Of a DNA stretch of 64,000 nt, positions 49,101 to 59,613 are shown in pieces (position 1 is the first letter of the stretch; each line of letters starts with the position of its first letter). Below the pieces are notes generated by a model that did not search any database, was not told the origin of the DNA, and worked only from the letters and a program-made list of their open reading frames with translations. The stretch lies in the NCBI GenBank assembly GCA_051362555.1, contig CM120648.1, positions 9,172,587-9,236,586 on the forward strand, written 5' to 3'. Both the position numbers and the translations under genes were made by a program. Origin of the DNA: Lingula anatina (Eukaryota > Animalia > Brachiopoda).

Positions 49101-50238
49101 TTCGTATTTGTCGCAACACAACAGGATCCACGCTGGGATCAAGCCGTACAAGTGCGAGATCTGCGAACGCCGCTTCACGCAGTTGTCCCATCTCCAGCAG
49201 CACATGCGTACCCACACAGGCGAGAAACCGTACAAGTGCTCGCACAATGGCTGCGGGAAGGCTTTCACCCAGCTGGCCAACCTACAACAGCATTCACGCT
49301 CGCACATGACCGACAAGCCTTTTAGGTGCAACTCGTGCTACAAGTGTTACTCATCGGAAGAAGAGTTGCGGGAGCACATCCCCAAGCATTCGGACACGAA
49401 GCACCTGAAGACGCACATTTGCAACGTCTGTGGAAAGTCGTACACACAGGAAACTTATCTGGCACGTCACATGACCAAGCACGCCCTTAACAATAACAAC
49501 AACAATAACAACGGCCCCAACAAGCCGGCGCCAACGCCCAACAATGATCTAAGCCCCGTGGAAAGCAACCACAGCAGTAGCAATACGAAAACTTACACTA
49601 ATCACCAATTTGGCAACAACAACCACCACGAGATCAAGCAGAATGGGGACCTGAGCGGGGGAAAGTACAGTATGCATCATAATAACAACAATAACAACCC
49701 ATACGACAAGCTGAGGCTGCAGATCAAGCAAGAAGACCTCAGCTGTCTCTATCCCGGTGAGGACCTGCGCAAGCCAAAGATGTCCAACTACGACATGAAC
49801 ATGCTGGACACCATGTGTATGTACCTGGGCTCCAAGTCCCCTCCCGGGCAGCGTAGTCCACCAACCCCCAACCATCATGGCGGGTCTCCCCCAGCGGCAG
49901 TGACCAAGACGTCGTCGTCTGCGTTCATGTCCTTCTCGCAGCCCAACTCCACCATGATGTCCCCGACGCTGCCGTCAAACCTGTCCAACTTTCCATTCCT
50001 TCCCAGTAATACTCTGAACCATCCCTCCAGTCCCCACCTCTCCTCCATCACCTCGCAGAGGTACTTCCCCTACGAGCCCATCAGCTTTCGCAAAGATCAC
50101 GTCAACATGGACAAGACCCTCCCCAGCAGCCGCGAGGGCGCCATGATCGCCAACAGCTTGTTGAGCCTTCAGCATATCAAGAATTACTCCTCACATCAGA
50201 TGTACGCCCAGGGAGTGCCCCATGGAGGCATGAACTGA
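24439..50238 (+). CDS. rn: Rotund/squeeze/LIN-29 (ZNF384/ZNF362 family) C2H2 zinc-finger transcription factor, ~563 aa, 6 fingers
   Basis: Coding exons: 24439-24471 (gccATGg, MAEAYVWSRLQ), 27077-27281 (poly-Q/H), 44907-45118 (S/P-rich, ends YQCKMCEQ), 48997-50238. Phases 0, 1, 0 are consistent. Fingers KSFANSSYLSQH, FTQLSHLQQH, CNSCYKC..EHIPKH..KHLKTHIC..CGKSYTQETYL are the rotund/squeeze signature. Additional small exons in the 17.6-kb intron cannot be excluded. Confidence 0.9.
26324..26578. mobile_element. PIF/Harbinger-type foldback MITE (related to family C)
   Basis: 24-bp perfect TIR GGCCCCATTCAGAATGGATGATCC, near full-length self-complementarity, and TTA duplicated on both sides (26321-26323, 26579-26581). 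Confidence 0.9.
27292..27545. repeat. TATGG/TATGCC simple satellite directly after the poly-Q exon donor
   Basis: Recurring TATGGTATGCC units. Accounts for ORF 27309..27602. Confidence 0.9.
28295..28454. mobile_element. Harbinger-like MITE family D
   Basis: TIR GGCCCCAGTTTCACAAAAAACTTAGG ... CCTAAGTTTTTTTGTGAAACCAGGGCC. Confidence 0.8.
31702..37261 (+). mobile_element. Helentron-associated non-autonomous element (HINE/DINE-1-like), ~5.5 kb
   Basis: 5' subTIR TATTGTACCACCAGC (31704-31718) with an adjacent inverted partner GCTGGCGGTACA (31725-31736). A (CCGCCGGCT)n microsatellite at 31764-31806 and a central tandem array follow. The 3' end has the subTIR GCTGGTGGTACAATA (37210-37224), a hairpin GAGGCG-GTAT-CGCCTC (37229-37244) and CTAG followed by a T run. 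T-rich ends, no TSD, no Rep/helicase ORF. Confidence 0.85.
32707..33982. repeat. 146-bp tandem repeat, about 8.7 copies, inside the HINE
   Basis: The CTCCAAAACTGG anchor recurs at 32715, 32861, 33007, 33153, 33299, 33445, 33591 and 33737, with a diverged copy at 33882. Confidence 0.97.
41105..41311. mobile_element. Foldback MITE family C (Harbinger-like)
   Basis: GATCCATGGACTAACAGATCCGCGGACCAAATATGGCCGA..CACTTGAA is mirrored by TTCAAGTGGGTCGGCCATGTTTGATC..GATCTGTTAG..GGATCA. Confidence 0.8.
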
Positions 50239-53200
50239 AGTTGGGACAGGGGTGGAGGTTGTTGCTCTACAGGGTACATCAGCATCAGGATGACACACTT
50301 TTGTTTATAAACTACTCTATCAGCCTGTGAACTGCATCCTTTGTATTTAGGATATGACTCTGAGGACTGTTTGAAAGATACTCTAGTTTTCTGAGAACAA
50401 TAAGAACTAGAAAGCGATAGTTGAGCTAAGACTGGTTATTGATTGAGTTGGTGATGTGGAAAAAGGTCGGAACCTGCCAGACAGACTTTGAAAAAGACCG
50501 AAATCTGAGCCATAGTCAGAACATTGAAGGAATGTAATTTTTGAAAAATTAAAGTGACTGCAAGAATCATAAATATAAACAAAGTTCAAAGGTCTTTTGT
50601 GGAAAAAAAGTTTTAAAGACCATGAGTAGCCGTAGGAAGATCTGGAGATGTCCGTAGGAAGATTTGGAGATGTCGGGGGAGTATCTTTTAACTGTCAAAG
50701 CTGGTCAAGTTCCTGCCAAACAACACATACTGGCAGCTGTTGGGCAAGTGACATCAGAGGAAGTAGTTTATTTGTTCACCTGTGCTGAAATCAGACTGCA
50801 ACTGAAAAAAAATATATAACAAGAACGTATTGTACTCCATGACAATTCTGTGCCGAAGAGGAGCAGTTTAAATAGAGGTGTAAGAAGTCATTTTATTGAA
50901 CAGTAATAATCTGAAAAACTGATGTGGTGACAAAGCCGTGCTTAACACGAGCAGGTTACAATGAACACGACAAGTTCAGCCATTCTGAACATTCTGAATT
51001 AGAGCTGTATGTATAGACTTTTATATTACCCTGTATACCCATTATATATATATATACACACACACATACATATAAATATATATATATTGTCTGTACCATG
51101 GAGTACAGGGGTGCCCTAAAGTTTTTAGGGGGCATCACACTGATGTTTGCGACTGACCCAGTTTCACTGAGAGTTTGGAAATGGGCCTGACAATGACGAC
51201 ATATTCAGATTTTCTGAATGTAAATTATGCTTAGATATTTCATCATAAAATCTATGATGCTGGTATGTTTTTTTTTCTCCTCCCTCCTTTTTTAATCTTT
51301 AAGAGAAAAGTTGAGGGTGAGTCTGTAAAATAGGTAATAGGTAAAATAGGTAAAATAGGTAAGATATATGGATGGGGGGGAAAAGACGTGGAGGCGACAC
51401 AGGGGCGGCAATATCAGCACTGCTCTGACAGAATAACAAAATACGGCCAGTGCAATTGACCATGAAGTGTAGAAGCAATCTTTAAAGGCTTCCTTTTTAT
51501 AATCAAAACAGAAAAATCTGTGATTTATCATGTGTTCCATTCTGTAACCATGTTATTTACCAACAGCACAAGTTCCTTTTATTTTTGTTGAAGGGATGCT
51601 TTTTTTTTTTTTTTTTTCCTTAATTAAGGTATGGTAGACAGGGAATCCTTCATTGTCACCTGCTTATTAAAAGTTAAAAATGGATTCCCTCCCCCAGGAA
51701 ATAGGTTATCTTGGTCCACTTCCCCAAAGTGCCTAATGCCACTTGAAAAATTATATATTTTGCATAAAATGTCTCGCATTACAATAATTTTTGATACTAA
51801 TTCTGTTCAAATTACTGTAACAGGAAGCATGTCATCCTGCTAAAGGGAAAACAAAAAAAAGACCTTCATTGCCATTGAAAGTTATCATTGACATCAAAAG
51901 TCTAAATATTTGAAAGGAAAAAAATAATTAACATGATCAAGTGGGTAACCATGGGTTTTGTGGCATTTGTTAGTTTAAAATTAACACATTCTGTTAAAGA
52001 AATGCTCCTTCATAAAGCAATTACAGATATTTTGATAGTATCGAGTTGTTTCTAGGATTGCCAATAGTAGTTATTGAAATGTTGAAATAAAAATCATCTG
52101 TTAGTAATAAGTAGCTTGGTCAAAGGGCATACCTTCCAAAGGGCCTTATTTTGACCTTGATCTGACTGGCCAGTCAGAATTGTTCTTTCATTGGCTACCA
52201 CATTGCTTCACAGTAATCTAACCAATGATATTCCCTGTTGCATGTCGTTGACCATGAAGATGGCCTTTTTTTTTTTTTTTTTTTTTTGTCAGAGCAGTTC
52301 TGTAATGAGGGCCAAGTTCCAAAGTGCCAAAAAGAAACTTACGTAGATAGTTGGTATGAGTTATAAAATAATTACAAGTATTTCCTCCTGGTTGCCGACT
52401 AGGTGTGCTGCTGCTACAATGGCTACCTATTGAAATTTTATTTTATTTATTTTTTTTTTAATCAGAAAAAAAGCTCATGTTAGATATAGAATGATCTCAG
52501 TGAGTTTCAAAGAAAGTCACATGATTGCTCCTGACCAATCAAATTGAAGAAAATGTTGTAGCCATTTCTTGAGTATTAATGTTGTTCTAACACTTTCTCC
52601 CCTGTTGTTATATTTAGATTTATAGTCAGACTAATTACATATTTGACTGATGCCTTGGCTCCTCCTGGCGAGAAATGGAACATTCCAACCTTGTCGAGCA
52701 TTTCTTCTTTTACACAGTAGATTATTCCATTCTCAGTCAGAGGGGTGAGAGGTTGTACAAAAGATAATATAAGGCATTAGTGGAATATAAGGTTATTATC
52801 ATGGTGACCAGGGTTTTTTTAGGGAAAAAAGACCTGGATGATTTTTTATATTGACTTGAAGCATGTATTTATATGATATGCTTTAGTATATAGTTCTATA
52901 CATATACATATGAATGTTTATATTATCAATGGTAAGATTGGTGATAGCTTAGTTAGATATCCCAAAGTTAGACGGATTATGCTATTAGGAAAATATCATC
53001 ATAAAATTTTTGCAGGTTTGGGAGATTCTAAAACTTAAGGAAAAAAGAAAACAACTTTGTCTTTATGTTTATATCCCTTTATAAAGGGCCATTCCTGCAT
53101 AATATTTTGATGGAATGATTCCTTGCATTTCCCAAAAATTAGAGCTTCATTTCTTTTTTTTTTTTTCCTGTGGGGATGGGTTCCAACGTGAACTATGCAC

Positions 53201-56200
53201 TAGGTTAGTGATGGTTGTATATCACTTTAATTTTTTATTTATTTATTTTTATTATTATTATTTTTTTTTTAAATAGATCCCTTAACATTAGACATTCACA
53301 TAGGAGCTAAACCATTTCAATTAATCGTCTGGTAGAAACTGCACACAAGGGGGGGGGGGGGGGGGGGGGGGGGGGCAACATCCTAGATCATATTTTGATT
53401 CAGAGTGGACTTTTCCATTCTCTGAACCCCTCCCGCCCCTGCCCAAACACCACCCCAATTCTCCCTTTTTCTTTCCTAATGTAATGGTTTGGCTTGTGTG
53501 GTCAAGCTGGCTATCAAAATTTCGAGTGTAGTTGGTCAAGTGTCATGAACTCTGTAAGCAGCTTGCAATCGACAGAGCCTGCACAACATGAGTGAACCAA
53601 CTCATAACTGATCTGAATTCAGTCTGTCTATTGGGAACAGGGTCTTTTATTATTATTATTTTCATTTTTTTTTCATATCTTTTGTTTCTCAGCATCATGT
53701 AGTGTAAAGACTATTAATGTGATGGATCTCGGTCTAGTCCCTGTAATAGGAATTGACAAGTATTTTAAGAGATAGGAAACAAGCATATATATATATATTG
53801 CCATGGTGAAATCAACCCTAGTCTCTCTACTGTTGAGTGGGCTTTCTGAGGTCTGACTTAGTAAGTAGGTCAACTTTATACTGGAATCACCTGTACCAGT
53901 ACTGCTTTCTTGGGTGTAAGGGTTCAGTAATTGATAGGTCGGATTTGCACTGGAATTGTGAGTGCAGTTTTGTAGTCTGTTTTCTATAGATATATAGATA
54001 GTTATATTATCAGTACATGCTGCAATTTTTTCAAAGTGTTGGTGCTTCACTACTTTTTATGTGCAGTAACTAGTTAAGATGGTTTTGTTTTCTTTTTTCA
54101 TCAGAAATGATGTTGACTGCTTACCTTTTTAGTAAATATAGGAATATTTTGCCTCAAATCACAACAAGGAGTATTCAGTTTTTTATGATTTAATCAGCTT
54201 GCCGGACATTTTGATGCAGATAATCAACACAGTGTATATAAGCCTTGTTGGTGTTATGATTTTAATATTCTCTGCTAGGGATTTAAAAAAAAATGTTATT
54301 ATGGTAATCTTTGTTTTGTATCATAAATTGGATTTAACCATGGCATTGTAGGAAGAGCTTCAAAAATCAAATTTACAATTTCAAGCACAGCTTGGTGGTT
54401 TGTGGTAGTGAGCCATTTATAATATTCATAGGTTTATGTATTTTAATATTTCATATGGATGGAAGATGTTACCAAGCACTCCTTTCTTACTGAGAATGTC
54501 ACAGCCTGTCCCCATCACGCGAATAATCAAACCTTTGCATTATAAAACGTGAATAATATTGTAAAGGATTGGATATGATTGTTTATGTCAAGGTTTTTTT
54601 CTCTCTATACCAGAAAGAATTAGACTGTTATATTTTTGGTATATTTATTAAATTGGCTGAGCATTATTCCCTGATAGATAATAGATAGAGCAAGACCTTC
54701 AAAAGGCAAGAAATGTCCATGGCATATTTACTATATAGGATAGCTTAATTCAGAAACCTTTCAAAGGCTACACACAAATATGTATATTTTCTGCCAAAAG
54801 TCATTGTTTATTGAATTTTTAAATAATATATAGATATGTATGTTTATGGCAACAAAACAGCTATACTAGATATTATTTTTATTTAAGCTTTACTATAGAC
54901 CTTGCCTTGTTAGCCTTTTGTAAAATTTGCTTTGGAAAAAAATCAAAAGATTAAGATAAAGAACACATGCAATAAGCTTAAAGCAAATGGTAAAATATGA
55001 ATGATCTTCATTGTAAATGGGGTCATTTCTGTGCTTTGGAGTTGCATCTTTTTTTAATCGACTATCTTAAGTGCTAATTGCTTTGTTTGGTTGCATGTAA
55101 TTGGCTTAATGTTGGTGAGCTTGAGCTTCAACTGCAATACTTACCTGTTTATTTTATACCTATATCTTATTCATTTTATACTTATATTCATAGTAATAAT
55201 TGTTGATATTTTATTCAGCCTTTGTTTTGAATAAGGATTTTTATTACACATTTGCCACCTTGTTTTTAGTTGTTTGCAAAAGTGAATGGTAGTATAAGAT
55301 TGCTAAAACCTACAGGTTTTAAATGGCCATTCTTGTACTCGCTCAAGCAAATAGTTTCAAATATTTTGCTTCTTGTGGACTTTTAGTAAAATTGCTAGTT
55401 CTTGAGAGATTGGAAAAAGGTTACAAGGTGATTGCTTGTATCCGTCATTAAAAAGATGGAGTGGTTTTTACGGTTTTGTGGCAGGCAACGGGAGCATGAG
55501 TGCTTAAAAGCAGTTGTTTCTAATTGCCTTAAGGTGCTATAGAAATAGGGAAACTCATCTTTACTACTGTTTTTATCACAATTTTTCCCTAAGATTTACC
55601 TTGTGATGACACATGCATATCATGTTACTTTGTGGGTGTTGTAACCTTGGCGGCAGCTGTGGGATAGTTTACCGTGGTGGCAGCGGCGGGATAACTTTTT
55701 AAAAAGAAGTAAGCTGCTTCCACCATTGTGTATAATTACAAGTAAAGAATCATTCTAGTTTATGACAAAATTGTTCTTGCCTTTAAGTCTTGCTAAGAAA
55801 TAGCTCTTAAGAATATGATATGGTATTGGATTGAAAGTTTGAAACCTACATGTTCAACTAATTTTATGTAGACAGTCCTTAAAATATACGGTGCTTGCTG
55901 TAGATGGGCTTTTAAAAAGTCATATTTGAGTGACAAAGGGATCCAATTCTGACCCTAGTAAATGGGTGAAGAAGCTTTCACGAGTCACTCTGAGATAAAG
56001 AAGCTATAAGATTCCTGTAACATAGGGCTGGAAAACTTTTTCATACTATGCTAACTTAACAGTACAACTGAAACGCCCAGATAAAAATATATGTCACAAT
56101 TATTTTTGTTATATTCAGCTTTGCTCTTGAGTGCAAAACTTTTCTTTACTCATTTACACTAAACATTTTTAGCAGTTATTAATAATAATTTCAGTTTTGC

Positions 56201-57250
56201 TTAAGCTTAATAGGTTCTAGGGCTGAAAGAAATTTGTGTACAAAACTTTATGTAACCCTGTATATGACAAATCTACGGCACAAAATTACGACTCAGTAGA
56301 TCCGTTGATCTATGTTGTATGTTACCATGTGTTCAGTTTATTGTGAGCCAATCGCTGCATATTTGTAATGATTATTTAGCAGTATGACTATTATGCTATA
56401 AGTATACTTTTATTCATACTATTATAACTTTGATATATTATTAGTCGATTCAGTGCTCTGTCAAAGCCAACTAATGTGTTTGTGATCTGTACATCAGCAC
56501 AATGACATGTGACAAAAAATTGTCATGAAATTATTTTTTATTCTTACCCACAGTGCATTTCTTCCCTGTATTTAAATCAAAAACGAATGGCACAATCCCA
56601 GAGCTCCATTTGAACATTCAGCAGTAAATTTTGTCATGTCTCTGACTGGTCAATTGTATTTTTTGATTGACTTTTTATAATATTTTTTTGGGGTTGGTGC
56701 ATTTTTTCCCTTTTAAACTACCAGTACATTTCTTGTCACATCCATTTCCAGGAAATGTGGTATTCAAAGTTTGTTATTTTTCACGGAGGTAAAGGCAATT
56801 CAAAATTGTATGCTTGAAGTGCATTGGGGTCGGTAAATGTTGAAAACGGCTTTCAAAAAAGCAAACAAAAAATCGGTAGTTATTCAGTATTTATGTAGAT
56901 GGAATAGCATATGCATGTTACAAGGTCACCCTGCGTTTCATAGCGTCATCGCCCATTTTACTCAAAAATGAGTACATTCTAGGTAAAAACTGGGGAAATG
57001 TTTGCTCTGAAACTCTGGGTTGCCTCAATTACCAGTTCATATAATTGTCAATTGAGAACGCACTTCGTTGATCTTAAAAACAAAAAGTAGTGCTTGACTT
57101 CATTTTGTATGACAAAATGTAAACGTGTCTAAAAGCAGCACGAACAAATGAGATGTTAAGTGGTAATTGTCTGTGGACTTGTTGTACTGTTTTGTCTTTT
57201 CCTTACGAGGAGGAACCCTGCTTTGTAATAAAATCTGAATTTCAAACAGA
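50239..57250 (+). other. Probable long (up to ~7 kb) 3' UTR of the rotund-type terminal exon
   Basis: No credible ORF, T-rich with many TGTA words, and no intact MITE seen, unlike the introns. AATAAA at 52086 (proximal) and 57227-57232, the latter followed by a T/GT-rich tract. The extent is inferred. Confidence 0.5.
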
Positions 57251-58214
57251 AGAGTGCATTGTTTTTACTTTAGACAGTTACATTGATATTTAGAGAAAAA
57301 TCCATGTGAGTGTGTACTGAATCTACATGCATTTTTCCGTTGATTTTGCTATGTCTCTTCCTGGATAACCCACAGTAAACATGAGTGTAATAGAATAGAC
57401 TAATACATATATATGACGAAATAGGGAAAGTTTGGACCCCGAAGAGGTCATTTTGAAATGCAGAATCTTACAAGTTTCTGTGATATATGTCGTCGTGAGA
57501 TGAGGTTACTACTGGTTGAATTTTGTTTCTATTGTGGAAAACGCGGTTTGACACAATGCGATGAAATAATTATGATTTCAGAAATGTGATAACACTATAA
57601 ATCGTCGCTGGTTAGAATAGGTAAAAGTACATGTTGTTGACTGAAGATCAATGAAAAAGTCCAAAATTTTCCCTGAAGTCATTTCCAAAATTTGGGTGGA
57701 GCGATCGCCCCTTTAATTTCCCGTAAGGGTGGATTTCTTGGTAAGATCAATCATGCCAACCTTGAACTGCGAACAACTTATTACAACTTATTTCCTCACT
57801 AAGTGTGAGAGGTGTCTGATCAGGTTGGTGGTCGTCTTTGATGCCAAGAGGGAACTTCCTCGCGTGCTCGCGTGCCGCAGTCACCGTGGGGCAAAGACCC
57901 TGGACCAAGCTCTTGACCCTGGCTTTGAAGTTTCAGTGGCGATTAGCCACCCTGTATTTTAAAGTTTTATTGGATACACTTCCCCTGGATCTCGACAATC
58001 CTGTACCAGGGTCACAGGCTGATTTTTCACTAGATAGTCACAGATACGTTTCTGGGTAATTCATGGCACAATTCTCGCGTTGGAGCAAAGTGCACAATAA
58101 CCTGTGGCTCTGGTTCACGTAAGACTTTCAATTTACAAGAACACTAAATCTTTGCTCAGTCAAACATTGGTTGCAACCAGTTTTGAAATTTGGTACATGA
58201 CCATTTTAGAGTTT

Positions 58215-58410
58215 GGCTCCGTCCACAACCAAGCTGATCCGCGGACTTACTGAACCGCGGATCAAATAAAGCACGAGCCAGTTGAAAGCTTGTCGCGTAA
58301 TCCCGCGGGGAATCCATAAGGGAATTAAGCGGCAAATTTTAAAGTGCGTTGCGTCATATTTGATCGACGGATTAGTTAGTCCGCGGATCAACTTGGTTGT
58401 GAACAGGCCC
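58215..58410. mobile_element. Foldback MITE family C
   Basis: CACAACCAAGCTGATCCGCGGACT ... AGTCCGCGGATCAACTTGGTTGTG inverted arms. Confidence 0.85.
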
Positions 58411-58723
58411 TATGTAGGGTCTAACTGAATATTCAGTGTACCGACTGCATGATTTTGTAAATTGATTTTATAGGCCGAAAATTTCTTTTTATTTCTAATT
58501 TTTTAAAGATAAAAATTATATGTCCAGCAACTACGTTTCTGTTTTATCTGATGCAACTGGTGGCTCAAGACTTGAGTAAAGGCAAAAGAGGATTAAAAGG
58601 GACTGAAACTTTTGAAATTTTGCTTTGCGCTTGAAGGGGTGCAGTCCGCACTAACCCTCTTCCCAACCCCACCCTTCACATGACCCTGATACCTACATTT
58701 ACAATTATTTGGCATACGATATG

Positions 58724-58893
58724 CAGGTTCGTAGCCAGGGGGTTCGGGAGGTTCGAAAGCCCCCCCCCCCTTTTTTTAGCCGGGAAAAGGTCCCCTCTTG
58801 GTATAATTTTATCTAGGTACACGGAGGTTTCATGATAAAATGTCCACTTTGTCAGAAAAGAACCCCCATTTGAAATTGCTGGCTACGAGCCTG
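58724..58893. mobile_element. MITE family A copy ending 30 nt before a splice acceptor
   Basis: TIR CAGGTTCGTAGCCAG ... CTGGCTACGAGCCTG. Internal similarity to 8123 and 21619. Confidence 0.85.
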
Positions 58894-58923
58894 ATATATG
58901 TATATTTTTCTTGAAATTCTCAG

Positions 58924-59570
58924 AGATTCACGACCAAGTCCGAGGCCGTGCAGCACACCCGCAACGACCACGGGAAGGAGGAGAAACGCCACAAATGTCC
59001 CGAGTGCGTGAAGTCGTTCCCGTCGTCCCAGCAACTGGCCCAGCACATGCTGGTCCACACCAACGAGCGATCTCATCACTGCGAATACTGCGACAAGTCC
59101 TTCAAGCAGCTGTCCCATCTCCAGCAGCACCGGAGAAGACACACGGGTACGTTAAAGACCATTTCCAGAGCCTATCGTACTAACTTTGGATCGATCTATC
59201 TCCAGAGGCATTCTAACGAAAGAGCTATCAACTAAGCGGCTTAAATGTTTGTCATGCCTACTATAGTTGTTGGGGGATAATTAACTACCGTAAGGCCGAG
59301 CGTGCACGAAAGTTAATTACCCCCTAGCTGATTCGGTAGGCGTGACAGACATTTAAGCTGCTTAAGTTGATAGCAATTTAGCGTGAATCCCCATGGCATG
59401 GGAACCCAGGCTTAGTCGAAAAGTTTTCATTTATGATAGATTCACTTTTCGACTATTAAAACTGAGATCCAATGAAACTATTTTCATATTCACACACAGG
59501 TATGCTTGTGAAAATTGCAGAATGAAAATTTAACAGTTGGAAAATGAGAAAGGGGAAAGGGGATGACATT

Positions 59571-59613
<43 letters not shown>

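Noticed and set aside
48968-50175. Alternative-frame and antisense ORFs over the zinc-finger exon
   Set aside because: Typical shadows of GC3-rich coding sequence.
41105-58410. Idea that family C MITEs pair to loop out cassette A specifically
   Set aside because: The upstream copy lies before the shared exon 44907-45118, so pairing would loop out that exon too. No copy was seen in 45119-48996.
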